Shown: in pieces, positions 25,582-39,511 of the stretch
How positions within the stretch are numbered: position 1 is the first letter of the stretch
Layout: every line of letters starts with the position of its first letter
DNA from: Octopus vulgaris
Lineage: Eukaryota
Reading direction: 5' to 3'
DNA: 64,000 nt
Assembly (NCBI GenBank): GCA_951406725.2
Contig: OX597814.1
Location: forward strand, 162,254,001 to 162,318,000
Notes under the pieces: model-generated
What the model saw: the letters and a program-made list of their open reading frames with translations, nothing else
Databases searched by the model: none
Told to the model about the DNA's origin: nothing
Position numbers and translations under genes: made by a program

Positions 25582-27451
25582 ACACACCAAAATGATTTAA
25601 TTTCAATAATACTAACTTAATGCATGTTCTTAATTACATGTTCTTAATGATTGGGTTGAGAAAGATGAACTCATTATAGAGTAATGTTCTTTATCACTTA
25701 ACTATGATTGCATCTATTATTTTGATGCTGGCCATGTCAAATGTCTTCTAACAATAATACACAAACTTGACAACTTGCACAAGAGATGGTTTTATCTTAG
25801 AAGCATGTGTTTTTAAAGACAGTTTCTTTTGACTCTATTGGTACACCTTCATAAATGTCTCAATCTAACTAATTCAGGTCTTCACTGAGTTTTTACCCTC
25901 ATCGCAACCAGAAAAGAGTGAAATGTGATGAATACCATTTGTGCCTCATATGTTTGCTATTAATTGTTTTGTCTTCTGTTTACATTCGATAAACTTGAGT
26001 AGTTAGTAGCCATGCTTTGCTCATGTAATTGAAAATTTAATTAAAATATTTGATGAATCCGACTTGAGAATTAGAAAAAATGATAATATTGAAAATATTT
26101 TTTAAATACAGGTTTTGATAAAAAACAAACAAACAAACAAAAAAAAAAAAAAAATACAAAAACAAAAAAACAAACAAACAAAACTGGAGAAGTGTGAGCC
26201 CTTTGTAAGACTGGTTTCAGTCTCTGAATACCCTGCTACGGACACTGATGGCAATCGGCCACCTCCAGTGACCTAGAAAAATTCAACCTAAATACAATCT
26301 GCATTGAACCTACAAGACTGAGACAAACTTCAAAAGCAATGGACACCATCCCTTCACATTATGGCAATGCCATGTTGGGTGCTTCATAGTATTTAGCTGG
26401 TACTCTATGATCATTGTTTTACTTGTGTTCTTTGGGTGTCTAATTTTGTTGGAAAAGACTACCACTCCTTGGCTTGGAAACCATCTATTTTAGAGACTTT
26501 CACTTTCATGGGGACCTGGAAACAAAGTATTGGTGAAATGAGCCTGAAACTAAATAGGTATGAAGCAATGTCCTTGACCATATCAAGCTATATATATATT
26601 TTATGTAAATTATGTATGTAGAGAGAGTCCAGGGCTATACTACATTATATGGATGAGAACAGGTAGAAGGTGTGAGGAAGGGAACATGAAAGAGAGAAAA
26701 TAGATGAGTGATGAAGAATCAGAGAAAGTCATTGAAAGAGAGGTGTGGGTGTCATGAGAAGAGGTAGGTCAGTGAGAGAGAGGGGGAGGAAGAGAGAGGA
26801 GATATATGTAGCCTATGCAGAAGATATCTAAGCAGGGTAAATTTAACTATTTCTCCAAAAACTGAACAGCCTTAATCGGTTTTCAAACCTTATTGGGGTC
26901 TCATCAAAGATGTCTACGTCGCTTTGACCAATCTTACAGAAACAAGCAGTCAATCTGTTTATATACTCCACAAATCCAGTCATTATAGAAACCTGGAGCT
27001 ATTACTGAATATTGACATACATTTTATACACATTATATATAATACATATTGACTGGATTGTCACAGCTGGAATGGTATTGTGTTCTTTACTTTTACAGTA
27101 GGTTATTGAAGCATAAGTAATATTTGCATTGTGTTCAAAATTATAAATTTATACAGAATTATGATGATTTTTATTCAACAAATAGGTCGCCAACTGCATG
27201 CTTTATATTTCCAAGGTATTTGTCTAATATATGCATGTGTGTACACTCCATTTAGTGTCCATAAAGTGTTGGTACATCAACTACATTATTTATATCTTTG
27301 CTACCCAACAAGCTCTTCAATATTTTGTAACTCTTAAATCAAGACTGTATAAAAATCATTTCAATTTTAGTTTTTGATTATCATTTAGAAGTTTCCATCT
27401 CTAAAATTTTCAACAATTCTAATTTTACTGGAGTGTATCAGTATGGGAGAG

Positions 27452-27775
27452 AAGCACTCTGTCAGTTACGACGATGAGGGTCCCAGTTGATACGATCAAC
27501 GGAACAGCTTGCTCATGAAATTAACATGCAAGTGACTGAGCAATCCACAGACATGTGTACTCCTAACGTAGTTCTTAGGGAGATTTAGCGTGACACAGAT
27601 TGTGACAAGGCCGGCCCTTTGAAATACAGGTACAACTCATTTTTGCCAGCTGAGTGGACTGGAGCAATGTGAAATAAAGTGTCTTGCTCAAGGACACAAC
27701 ACGTCACTGGGAATTGAACTCACAACCTTACAATTGTGAGCTGAATGCCCTAACCACTAAGCCACACACCTTCAC
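27452..27775 (-). mobile_element. tRNA-derived SINE (second family)
   Basis: Minus strand: tggcttagtggttagg (A box), gagttcaattcc (B box), core gtgtccttgagcaagacactttatttcac. A related head/core is at 38530-38670. Confidence 0.8.
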
Positions 27776-27886
27776 AGTACATCAGTATATTAATGTTAGA
27801 AATATATGAAAAGTAAAATGGTTAAGATTTTTGATTATTAATCAAATTAAATTAGACTTTGTGTGTGCTTATATTCCTAAACACAT

Positions 27887-27933
<47 letters not shown>

Positions 27934-28082
27934 TTTAGTACATACAACCGAGGCAGTATTCAATAAAAATAGCTATGTATTATAAAAATAGCTATGTATA
28001 TATACAATGTATATACACTGTTGTTAGGCCAGTTATTGTGGTATTTCTTCCAACCTAACATCTCTTATGGATGCATGTGTGC

Positions 28083-28131
<49 letters not shown>

Positions 28132-28169
28132 CTTCTACAAATGTGTCTTCATAGATCTTAAGAAGTCTC

Positions 28170-29035
28170 TCATATATTAGTCTAGAGTTTGGAAAGTCTT
28201 AGTGGAATGCCAAGACTATGAAGTTATTGGGAGGTCTTATTATATGGCTAAACTATCCAGTTTCCTCTTGTTTATTATGTTGATAATGATACATAGTTAC
28301 ATAAAAAGGAAGTGCTTCAATGCCTGTCTCATAATGATCCCCCTAATATGGACCATAAAGAGTGCATTCAGAAAATTTCTAGTCTGCATGCATCTTCAAA
28401 TTTTTAGGGTCCACATTTCTAAGGTTGAAATTACAACGGAGAAGGTATGGACATTGTGCAGCCTGTCATTGACTTACTGGTTGATATCTCATTTCTTTCA
28501 AATCATCTTTAAACTTCCAAATGTTATAGATGCTAGTAAGAACTGTCATTTCAATCTTCTGATCAATTTTTCATGTGATATTGCTGAGAAACACTGTTCT
28601 ACTTTAGTAACATCCAATATATGATCATTTTTATGCTGGGTGATAGAAATTTGCATTTCACGCCACATATTTTCCATGTACAATGTTTTACATGCTTCAT
28701 CTAACTGCTTAATAGATATTTTCAGTTGTTCAAAGATTATGGATATTGGGGCTGTGTCAGCAGCATATGTAACATATCTATGGAGAGGTATTGCCTGGTT
28801 CTTATTCAAGTCTTTCAATAACTTTCATGACAAATTATTCAAGTCTTTCAACACTTTCATGACAAATAGTTGGTAACTTTGTCTTAAACTTATACACACT
28901 TTAAACAAAATCCATCCTTTTGCATACTTAGTACTGCTATGTAGCACTTCTGTAATTTGCATTATCTTGGGATCCACACTTGCTGCAATCATCATTTTCT
29001 CTAGCATCTTCCATCAGATCATGTCAAAGATAGCA
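28170..29035 (-). mobile_element. Decayed non-LTR RT fragment (probably RTE-like)
   Basis: Minus-strand NAIFDMI.WKML (KAFD-like) and VTYAADTA (YADD-like); 33-bp tandem duplication at ~28802-28866. Confidence 0.5.
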
Positions 29036-29039
29036 TTAA

Positions 29040-29234
29040 CCCTTTAACTGGAAATTAAATTTTATGGTTATTCCAGTAATGATGTAAAATGTTTACAAAA
29101 AAAAAAAAGGTATCTTTTGCAAGTCACATTGCCTCAATAAACTTGACACATCTCAACAAAAAGTATATGAAAGATACATAAAATTGCTTCCTGGAAATTT
29201 TGGGTGTATGTATCTGATTTCCACAGTAAAAGGG
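29040..29234. mobile_element. piggyBac-type MITE
   Basis: TTAA|ccctttaactgg ... cagtaaaaggg|TTTA termini. Confidence 0.55.
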
Positions 29235-29384
29235 TTTAAATCAAGAAAGGTGAAGTGTAAGAGCATGTGATATTCTTTCACTTTTTTATTTACTTGTGTC
29301 ACAATAAAAAGGACATCAACCTCAACCAGGTCTAAAATGAAACTGACTCTTCTCTGGGTTTTATTATTGATTTGCTTAAAGAAA

Positions 29385-29575
29385 AGCAGTGAGCTGACAG
29401 AATCATTAGTATGTTGGACAAAATGCTTAGCAATATTTTTTCTGGTTCTAAAGGTTTTTTAAATTCTACCAAGATCGACTTTGCCTTTCATCCTTTTGAG
29501 ATTGCTAAAATGAAGTACCAGTGGTCAACTAAGCTCCCCCTGCTAAATTGCTGAGCTTGTATCAAAATTTGAAAC
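29385..29575 (+). mobile_element. tRNA-head SINE with gactttgcctttcatcct core (Meta/RUDI-like core, tentative)
   Basis: gtgagctgacagaatcattag...gactttgcctttcatcctttt..aaaatgaagtaccagt; further copies at ~42886, ~50511, ~50812 and ~51562. Confidence 0.7.
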
Positions 29576-30764
29576 AATTCTGTCAGGAGGGTTCTACTGA
29601 ACACTTTTTCCAGTACTGATAAAGGAGAAATTATCAAGTAGCTTTTGTGCTTTTGTTTGTTGCCCTTTTAATGTACTGGTATTACCAATATATGACCTCA
29701 ATCATTCAGTGTTTTTTTCTATTCCCAATGCTACCTTGAACATTATGTGCAACATATTCACCTCGTCTCCTGCTTTTGTACTCTAATACTGTTCATATAT
29801 ATGCAAGGAACTTTACAGTTTTTATTCTTTATATTAGTTTTTCTATTTCTCCCGTTTTTATTTCTGTATGAGTAATCCACATTAAATGGATTGCCTGGGA
29901 TTCTGATATAGTTTCTAAGTTGTATGGGAATTTAATGCCAAAATGTTGCTTGAAATAATCTTTCCCTTATTAAAGTACTTCAGATCTGTTTGTATGTTAC
30001 CTGCCCTATCTTTCATTGCACTCTATGTTTACTGCTCTTTCCCACATTTCACAAACTGGATTCAAAAGGTTATGACTGATTTTTCTTAAACTAAGCTACT
30101 AATAGTTGTGTTTTATCTTGTAGGCTTTTGTTCTATTGTATTATTTTTACTCTAGTTTTGACTCTTTGTTCAGTTTTCACTGGGTTGTTGAGTATTTCGG
30201 CTTTAATGTTTTTGCCTTTGTTCATTGACTCTTATTTCTGATGGTAGGCCTATCACTTGTTTTCAAGCTTTCAAGCATGGACTTTGTTTATGTTATCTGG
30301 TCTGAGTCGGAGCAGAGCTGTAAAAGTGCCTCCTGTCTACATTTCAAAATTTCAAGCTTTATAGTAATATAGTCTATCTCATTGAGGGTCTGATTCTCAA
30401 CTGAGTCTCAAGTTGCCTGCCTTTTCAATGAATACATACATACATCCAAACATACATACATGCATTATATACATACATACATACATACATACATACATAC
30501 ATACACAAACAAATATATCCACACACACATATACAATGCATGTCGGTCATCTCCCAATCACTTTTAACTCTTCTCAATCTCCTTGTACTATGTTTCTCAT
30601 GAGACTGCAGTTGACATTGAATCTCCTCTACTCACCATATACTGCCTCCTGTGTAACTAATGAAGACATCTATTCCTATCCTCTCACAAGCACTCTTTTG
30701 TGCTGCTCACTGAAACAGACTCTCTTACTTTCCATTCTAGCTATCACTTTCATTGCTTGACCTC

Positions 30765-31416
30765 TCTAGCCCATTTCTTGTCACCAGTCCCTAATCAATC
30801 CAAAACGAGTTCATTCGTGAGATGTGACAGTAAAGAAGAGAACACATTCACTCTCTGCACACAATTAAACTCAGAAAGTTTGTGAGGAACCCATTGACCC
30901 AATTTGTTGACTTTTCCGATGGCACGCAGGTGTTGATGAATAGTTAATAACCAAATCCAAGCTTCGCTGCTAGTTCCTCAACAGTTATGATGGGATTTTA
31001 TTCCACCCAGGGTTTGCATGATGTTGTTGTTCAGCTCTACAGAGCTTTCGGAATGAGGCTCATCTTCTGGGCTGCAGTTTCCAACTTGGAATTTCTGGAA
31101 CCCCTTTTGACACTGGCTTACGCATATTGTTCGACCCCCATATACTGCATTAAATATTCCTTGCACTTTCCATTGCGTTGTTGCTTTTATTGAACTCATA
31201 AAGCAAAATATGCTCCTTTGTCACTTCTGTTATAGCATTGAAAAAAAATAACTGTTAAAATCAAACTGCATTCTTCAAAACTTGCACTAAGAATAAGAGG
31301 AAGGTAAAATTATTACTTGCTTTTATAGCAAGTTGATGCAGGTAGTTGATCCCATCTTTCTCTAACTTTTAGTTCATGCAATTGAAAAAAACTACATTAT
31401 TTATGGGTTAACCTAA
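30765..31416 (-). mobile_element. 5' half of a mariner element (one TIR + N-terminal transposase relic)
   Basis: TA|TTAGGTTAACCCATAAATAATG terminus at 31416; ORF 30978-31199 NAVYG.RTI.VSQCQK.FQKF..GN...EDEPHS; WVPHKL at ~30880-30897. Confidence 0.8.
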
Positions 31417-31437
31417 TATATATATATATATATACAA

Positions 31438-31473
<36 letters not shown>

Positions 31474-31481
31474 GTATATAA

Positions 31482-31519
<38 letters not shown>

Positions 31520-31689
31520 ATCCATATATATAAGCAACTCATGCCAGCACAGAACATACACATTAAATGATAATGGTATATATATATATATATATATATG
31601 TTTACATACAACCCTCTCCCCCACTTGACATTTGTAAATGCCTGTGTATCTAATCAATTGAAGTTAAGATGATGAACTGTGGTTCATAG

Positions 31690-31839
31690 CAGGACCGGCT
31701 CAAGGTACCGACAACTTGGGCAGTCACCCAGGGTGCCAAGGAGGGGTGTGACAAAAACAAGGAAATTTCCATGACTGTCAGCTTGTACGTGTCAAAGTTC
31801 AGCTTGTCCAGGGTGCCAGCAACCCTAGGGCCGGCCCTG
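31690..31839. mobile_element. 150-bp hAT-type MITE
   Basis: TIRs CAGGACCGGCTC / GGGCCGGCCCTG; 8-bp TSD gttcatag (31682-31689) / gttaatag (31840-31847), 7/8 identical. Confidence 0.8.
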
Positions 31840-34257
31840 GTTAATAGTGCTCATAGATAAGTGGTGTGTGTGTGTGTGTGTGCACGTGTGTGTGTATGTG
31901 TGTGTGTGTTAGTATTTGCATGCCCAAACTAAATGTGTTCTTGTGTACCTATTTATCTTTAGTCACACAATTTAATTCTGTCAAAATATTTTTATAACTA
32001 TGTAATTTACAGTTTATTTGTCTTGTCTAGTTGTGTCAATGTCCTACCTCTAATGCATTAATCTAAACTGAATTTAATACATTGCACATTCTTATTGCTT
32101 TAATATTCAAAGAAACTAAAAAAAAAAAAAAAAGAAAAGAAAACCACAATATGGAATTAAGAGAATCTTATATTTTCAGGCTGTTTTACATTTACTCACA
32201 CAGTTATGCTTATTATCTGTTTAACATTTTATATCCATATTTATGTGAAATATGCCATAAAGCTTCTGGAGAATTGAGTTTCTGATAAGGTTTCAATTCT
32301 CAATAGTGTCATGTCATTTCATTTATGTTTTGTGTTTGTAAGTGTCAGTGTCGTATAAAAAGCACCTATGCTGGTGCCACGAAAAAGCACCTGTGTCAGT
32401 GCTACATAAAAAGCACCCATGCTGGTGCCATGTATAAAGCATACATGCTGGTTCCACATAATAGCACTGGTGTTGGTACCATGTAAGAAGTATCTGGTAC
32501 ACACCATAGAGTGGTTGGCATCAGGAAAATGGACATTAGATGATGATGATGATGATGAAGAAGTTCTATTCATTGTCAAAAGGCTGAATAGAGATATGTT
32601 GATCTTTTCTTGATATAATCTGGAAATGGATGTTAATGGAATGGAGAGGTGGGTTATGACTTAGAGGAGTAAAAGGTACCACTCAAAACCTTTTGGTAGG
32701 ACATCAGAGATGGGGTAAGTAAAGAGAAGTGAAAGTAAAACCACAGCCACAGGAAGCAGTGTAACTTGATACTGTTATCCTTAGACAGGAAGAAACCAGG
32801 TCTCAATGTTTGCAACAGAGTAGTGTATGCTAAAGACATCCAAGGCCTAAATGCTAGTGTTCAACTGAATAACAGATTAAGTTTTCAGTTGATCTGAAGG
32901 AATACAGATCTCGCCTGAGTTGATAATACAAGATACAAGATAACAGCCTGGATATCATACAATAAATTGAACCAAGAACTATGTGATTGAAGTAAACTCC
33001 TTAATGATATGGCCCTGCCTGTATCCTTATGTTCAGTTGCAAAGGCATTATGCTGTACTGACCATCACTTCATTTTGTATATAAGGAGCTATGTTATCTA
33101 ATGTATACTATTCTATTTAAGTTGGTGACTTATTATTTCTGTGAGATTTGGTTGATATTTCTAGCAGGTTTGGTGACTACAAAAAGGCTCCCTAGTTGAA
33201 CTGTTTAAGGCTAGGTGAGCTAGGCCATTGAATAATTAAGGGTTGTTGTCAATCTGCAGTAGGCAATGTCTATTTTCTGTCATATAGTCAATAAAACAAC
33301 ATAGCATTATTTTATTCAATTGAAGAGTAGAGAAGAGTAGAAAAGAGAGGATGTTAGAATGAGGGATAACAGGATGGGTAGGAGGCCAGGGTGAGGATGG
33401 CAGAATCAGTAAAGCATCAGGGTTTCAGGGGTGCAAGTCTGAAAAAAAACTGCTTTCTTGCATTTAGTTGCATCCAATTCAAAGATCAGATCCTGCCCAT
33501 GTAAACTGTAACTTTTCTTCAATTGGACTCATTAAACAAAGTACTCAGGTTTGTGAGCTTGTGTCTATATTAGAAGGTAATATTTTTCAAAAATTAAGTT
33601 CAATTTGTTTTTTATTATAATATTCATCTCATCATGTTTCAAAACCAAGAGACTAAAGAAGTAGCCCTTATATAGTCGTTTGCATGCTAGAAATAACAGC
33701 CAAAATTTTCTTCCAACCATACCCCACCACCTTAAAGAAATAAAAAAAAACTGGATAATGTGGTCCAAGGTCCCCTGCACAAGAGAAAAAGTGATGCTCA
33801 TAGTTAGAATGCTTACAATCATAGGTTAGCTCGTTAGGCTGACCTTGGGTTAAACAACAGCATACAAACTGTATGAAGTAAAGCTAATATATTCATATCT
33901 AACCAATAGTCAACAAACATGTTTTCTTTAAACCATATATCCTAGGAAAATATTACTTACATATGAAAGAAACTATGTAAAAATATTAAAAAAATTAATT
34001 CTGCATTGTAAAACCTATTTGTACCTAAAAATAAATTGTTGAGTCACTCTCTAGAATATTTGGAAGGGAGAGCCATTGCTAGCAACAAATCATTGCAATG
34101 TTGAAACATTTTTTTTTTGTGTGTGGTAACCATGGTGACATATACTACCAACAAGTTTTATTTTTTATACTGTTTTACTTTTGTTTGGAACATTGTTCTT
34201 TAGACACTTTATGTGATATATTTGTGTACATAATATATATATTATACACACACACAC

Positions 34258-34288
<31 letters not shown>

Positions 34289-34299
34289 TATATTTATTA

Positions 34300-34755
34300 G
34301 AGTGGGATTGGTAAGAAGTTTGCTTCCCAACCGTATGGTTCCAGGTTCAGTCCTACTGTGTGACACCTTAGGTAAGTGCCTTCTACTATAGCCTTGGGCT
34401 GACTGAAACCATGTAAGTGGATTTTATAGATGAAAACTGAAAGAAGCCTGCTGTATATATATACATACAGGCCTTATGCTCCTTACAGAGTAATATCAAC
34501 TAACTTAACCATATGTATGTGTGTGCATGTGTGCATTTATGTGTTTGTGTCTGTGTTTGTCCCCCAACACTGCTTGACAACTGGTGTTGGTGTGTTTATG
34601 TTCCTGTAATTTAGTGGTTCATCAAAAGAGACTGATAGAATAGTACTAGGCTTTAAAAAAGATAAGTACTGCAGTCAGTTCATTCGACTAAAATTGTTCA
34701 AGGTTGTGCTTCAGCATGACTGCAATCAAATGACTGAAAGAAGTAAAAGATAAAG
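34300..34755 (+). mobile_element. tRNA-derived SINE, same family as 9858-10285
   Basis: ggtaagaagtttgcttcccaaccgtatggttccaggttcagtcc...ttctactatagcc...tgactgaaagaagtaaaaga. Confidence 0.8.
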
Positions 34756-35685
34756 ATCTCCTAATGTAATAATGAGCATAGTGTTTATTTATTTATATAT
34801 ATTTATAAGTCAACATTCTAATTTCCTAAAGCTGATAAACCAACTAATGTGTTTCTCCATTTTCTTATTTGTAATATAAATTAATGGTAAAATATTTCTT
34901 TACCTTCACCCATCTAATACGTTATGTAAGTTTATTGCATTGCAATTAAAAACACTTGTGTATTAATAATTTGGGTATTATACCAACAGTATATTGGATA
35001 AGTATTATCCCTTAGTTGGTTGTATCCACAACCCCTAACTTACTTGATATATATATATATATATATACTTGTCCAGAATCACACCGGACACAGAGGAGAA
35101 GAGAAAATAGTAATTCAGTGAAGGAGAAGTAGTGAAAGTAATAGCCCTGACTGAGAGGGTGTGAGAGAAAGTAATAGCGATGAGGGAAAGGAAGGGGTGA
35201 TAGATGAATAAGAAAGGAAGAGGTGAAAAAAATCAGTGTTTTAACTCTATGTGAGTATATGTGTGTGGAAGTATGAATGTTTGCACGTGTGATTATTATG
35301 TACCTTATTTATATATAAAATACTACAATTAGCCGTCATTATTGACGGCATATGGTCAGCAAGTAAAAAAATAAAAGATACATACATGGGCCACTTTAAG
35401 GCCTTTGCCTTGCAAGTTACAAACCAATACTCGGTAGTGCTAACATCATAAAAGAAATAGGACCCAATACATTCGGTAAACAGGTTGGTGTTAGGTGTGG
35501 CAACCAGCTATGGCAACCATGCCAAAGCAGACATTAATGCATGAATTATCAAACCCTGTCAAACCATTCAACCCATGCCAGCATGGATGCTGGATGTTAA
35601 ACTATTCCAAGTACCAGTCATATGTGGAAGCAAGCATGTGAGTTTATATCAGAGTATATAACCGTTTGTGAGTATCAGAATAATA

Positions 35686-36249
35686 TTGGGTTGTCTGGAA
35701 AGTTCGTGCCAATTTATAGTAGCTTACCTTTTGACTTATTTTAGAACATGGTTGAATCCATAAAATAGGATTTGACTACACCTCCACTTAGAGCACAGTT
35801 TAAGCTATCTTTTCGCGGAAGAAGGTTTATGTTCCTATTACCTGTGTTAATTCTGTAACCCCTTAAAATGGAAGATAAGAAAGTTCATTTTCGGCACTTG
35901 ATACTTTTCTTTTTCCATAAAGGGAAAAATGCCTCACAAGCAACCAAAGACCTGAATAAGACCTACTCTGCAGAGACCTGAATATTCAGGTCTCTGCAGA
36001 ATTGTCTTAATGGTAAAAATTTCAATTCCTTGGATGACATAAAAAGATACCTTGATGAATTCTTTGCCATGAAACCACCTCAATTCTGGGAGGAGGGTAT
36101 TTTCAAGTTAAAGGAATGATGGAGATGCATTGTGCAACAAAATGGTTCATTAAATGGTTCATATTTGGTTCATTAAAAATGTAATGGCAAGTATTTATTG
36201 ACCTTTTTCTTTCCTTTAAAAATCGGCACAAACTTTCCGGACAACCCAA
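35686..36249 (+). mobile_element. Internally deleted mariner (564 bp), both TIRs and TA TSDs present
   Basis: TA|TTGGGTTGTCTGGAAAGTTCGTGCCAATTT ... AAATCGGCACAAACTTTCCGGACAACCCAA|TA; N-terminus MEDKKVHFRHLILFFFHKGKNASQAT joined to C-terminus LQNCLNGKNFNSLDDIK..FWEEGIFKL. Confidence 0.9.
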
Positions 36250-36883
36250 TATTTTCAAAAAACCATATCTATAATGAAGAGATATTTTATGGAAAATTTG
36301 CATTTCTTTTTAATCATTTGACCTTCTGCAAGGTAACTGAGGAATAAAATATTAGGAATCATGTATTAAACATGAGTTAACTATACTGCTATCTCTTTAC
36401 AAAAATGAGGTAATGTGGTGAACCAAGAGGAAATAAAAAAAGAAGAATGAAATTGTTTTCACACATAATGCTGTATAAGCATATATTTATAAGCTGGTTT
36501 TTATCACAAAATATAATTTGATGCTAGATGGTTAAGAAGCTCAATTTGCAACCATGTGGTTTTAGGTTCAGTCCTATTACATAAAACCTTGGACAGGTGT
36601 CTTCTACTACAGCCCTGGGTCAATTAAAGCCTTGGGAGCGAATTTGGTGGATGGAAACTGAAAGAAGTCCATCATATATATTCTTTTACATTAGATTGCG
36701 AACATGCTGGTGCAACACAAAGAATTTTAGTTGAAGAAATCAACCCTAGTGCTTAGTTTTTTTAAAACCAGGTAATTATTCTGTGAGCCTCTTTTGCCTA
36801 ACCATAGGATGTAAAGTTATGTGGATGTAAACAAAGCAACACTGGTTGTCAAGCAGTGATGGGTGACAAACACAGACAAAAAG

Positions 36884-36934
<51 letters not shown>

Positions 36935-38289
36935 TACATATACATATGTATATATATATATACAAATATATACATAGTGTGTGTATGAGTAAATGTGCAT
37001 GTGTGGTTGTATGATAAGAAGTTTGCTTCCCAACCGCATGGTTCTGGGTTCAGTTCCACTGCATGGCACCATGGGCAAGTGTCTTCTAATATTGTGAGTG
37101 GATTTGGCAGATGGAAACTGAAAGATGCCTGTCATACAGGTACATAAACACACCAACGCCTGTTATCAAGTAGTGATGGAGGAGAAACATACACACACAC
37201 ATTTATATATTTATTTATGTCGGGCTTCTTTCAGTTTGTGTCTTCTTGTCTTGACATCATACAAGCAAAGGCATTCATTTCTGACATACTGCAATAATAT
37301 GTCTGGGCATGGGGAAAAACTATCTTGCTTGGAAAACAGATGAGGGTTGGTGACAGGTAAGGCATCCAGCTGTAGAAAATCTGCTTCAATAAACTCCATC
37401 TAACCTATGCAAGCATAGCAAAGTGGATGTTAAAATCAAACACACACATACTAAAAAAAAAAAAAAAAATAATGATAGCACTATTACGACAGTAAGTAGG
37501 TGGTTCTGTTGATTTGTTGAAACTGATGCAAGACTCATTCAATTTATTTCTGCATGCTACTGAAGCAAGAAATTAAACTCAATTTCAACAGATGATTTCC
37601 AACAATTAATGGTCTATTTAACTATAAGCGAATCACGCCAATAGTTGAATCTTCCAATGTTACTGCATACCTCCAACAGAGGCTATATAACATCTAACAA
37701 TATATGACTTACTATAATTTCTATCTCAATATGAATTTCAATAACATTTATATATAATCATAACTGTTTATGCCTGTATCTATTCACTGCCTATATCACT
37801 GTTTGCAATTTCATTTGCACACATTTATAAAGAATTTATTTACTTTTTACCTTATATTGAAAATTTTCCTTATCTGATGAATTCAAGGGGAAAAAAAAAA
37901 GACCCTTCCTATTTCCGATATCATTTTGAAAAGTTCCTGTGTGTGATCTTTTTACTTCTATAATTCCCATTTCACTTTAAATTCATTTCATTTTAAAAAC
38001 CCTGTGATAATATATTTAAACTGAAAGTGGAAGCTAAATTTGATATCATTTCTACGGCAACAAAGCTTTGCATAACACATGGTTATAAATGGACTTCTCA
38101 GTGTGTGAGTGCATGTGTATGTGTGTGTGTGAGTGCGTGCGCATGTGTATGTTTATGCATGTGTGTATCATGTGTATGCATGCATTTGTGTGTATGTATG
38201 AGAGAGTGAGAGAGAGTGGGGGAGAAAGTGGGAGAGAGAGAGGGGGAGGAGAGAGAGCATGTGCACAAACTCTTATCTATTATTTTTTA

Positions 38290-38970
38290 CTTATCTTAGA
38301 CATTCAACTGCAACCATGGTGGGAACTGCCTCGAAGGGTTTTAGTCAAACAAATTTATCCCAGTACTTAGATTTTTAAAGTCTGGTACTTATTCTATTAG
38401 TCTTTTTTTTTTTTTTTGCCAAACCACCAAATTATAGAGGACACAAACAAACCAATACTGGTTGTCAAGTTGTAGAGAACAATTACAAATAGAGACCCTC
38501 AGATGCACACCCACACACACACAATGAAAGAGCATGACTCACTGGTTAGAGCATTGGGCTCACAATCATGAGGTAGTAAGATCAATTCCCAGACTGGACT
38601 GTATGCTGTGTTCTTGAGTAAGAAACTTTATTTCACATTGCTTCTGTTCACTCATCTGTAGAAATGAGCTGTGACATTACTGGTGCCAAGCCATATTGGC
38701 ATTTACCTTTCCCTTGGGTAATATCAGTGACACAGAGAAAGGAAGCTGCTATGTATGGGTGACTGCTGGTCTTCTATAAAACAACCTTGCCTGGACTTGT
38801 GCCTTGGAGGGGAACTTTCTAGGTGCAGACCCATGGTCATTCATAACAGTCTTTCACATAGTTTTCACTTACCAAATCCATTCATAAAGCATTGATCATC
38901 CTAGGGCTATAATAGAAGACACTTGTCCAAGGTGCCACACAGTGGAAACCTAAAACCATGTGGTTGCAAT
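38290..38970 (-). mobile_element. SINE (9858 family) interrupted at its (CA)n by a plus-strand SINE of the second family (~38530-38850)
   Basis: The tail part at 38290-38520 and head part at 38850-38970 flank an insert with ctggttagagcattgggctcacaatc..tcaattcccag..ttcttgagtaagaaactttatttcac. Confidence 0.65.
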
Positions 38971-39511
38971 AAGCACCATTTTAGTTAATCCTTTCAAATC
39001 CAGCATTTCTTTATTTCAGTTTGGTATTTAATTTGTCATTTTATAGTTTACCAATTGACTAAGTTACCAGTCTAACACATTATACATCAAACACAATAAA
39101 CACAAACATGGACATAGAAAACACACATTGGACTTTTGAATTATCTCTATTTACAAAATTCCACTCAAGTAAAACTTAGGCTACTGCAAACAGCACTTTC
39201 CTGCAGTAGCATGTCATGAGATCAAACAAGGGACTTTCTTAACTACACAGCTATGGCATGCATATAGAGAAACAACTTCTAGCTACATTCGATAGGCAGT
39301 CTGGACACCACATTTTTTAGTTGCTGTTCAAGTTGGAGTTTTAGTGGTAAACCAAAATGAGCACTCATAGTACATATGATAACTCTTTGCATCTCTCTCT
39401 CACTACATACACACACAGATATGACAGAAGTAAATACATAGCCAATAAAACATTGTTTCATGTTTATTCTAACTTGTAAAGGTTTAATATTTTTATTAAT
39501 CAACATTTCTG

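Noticed and set aside
37874-37915. CTGATGA as a hammerhead core
   Set aside because: No properly placed stem II followed by GAAA and a cleavage triplet.
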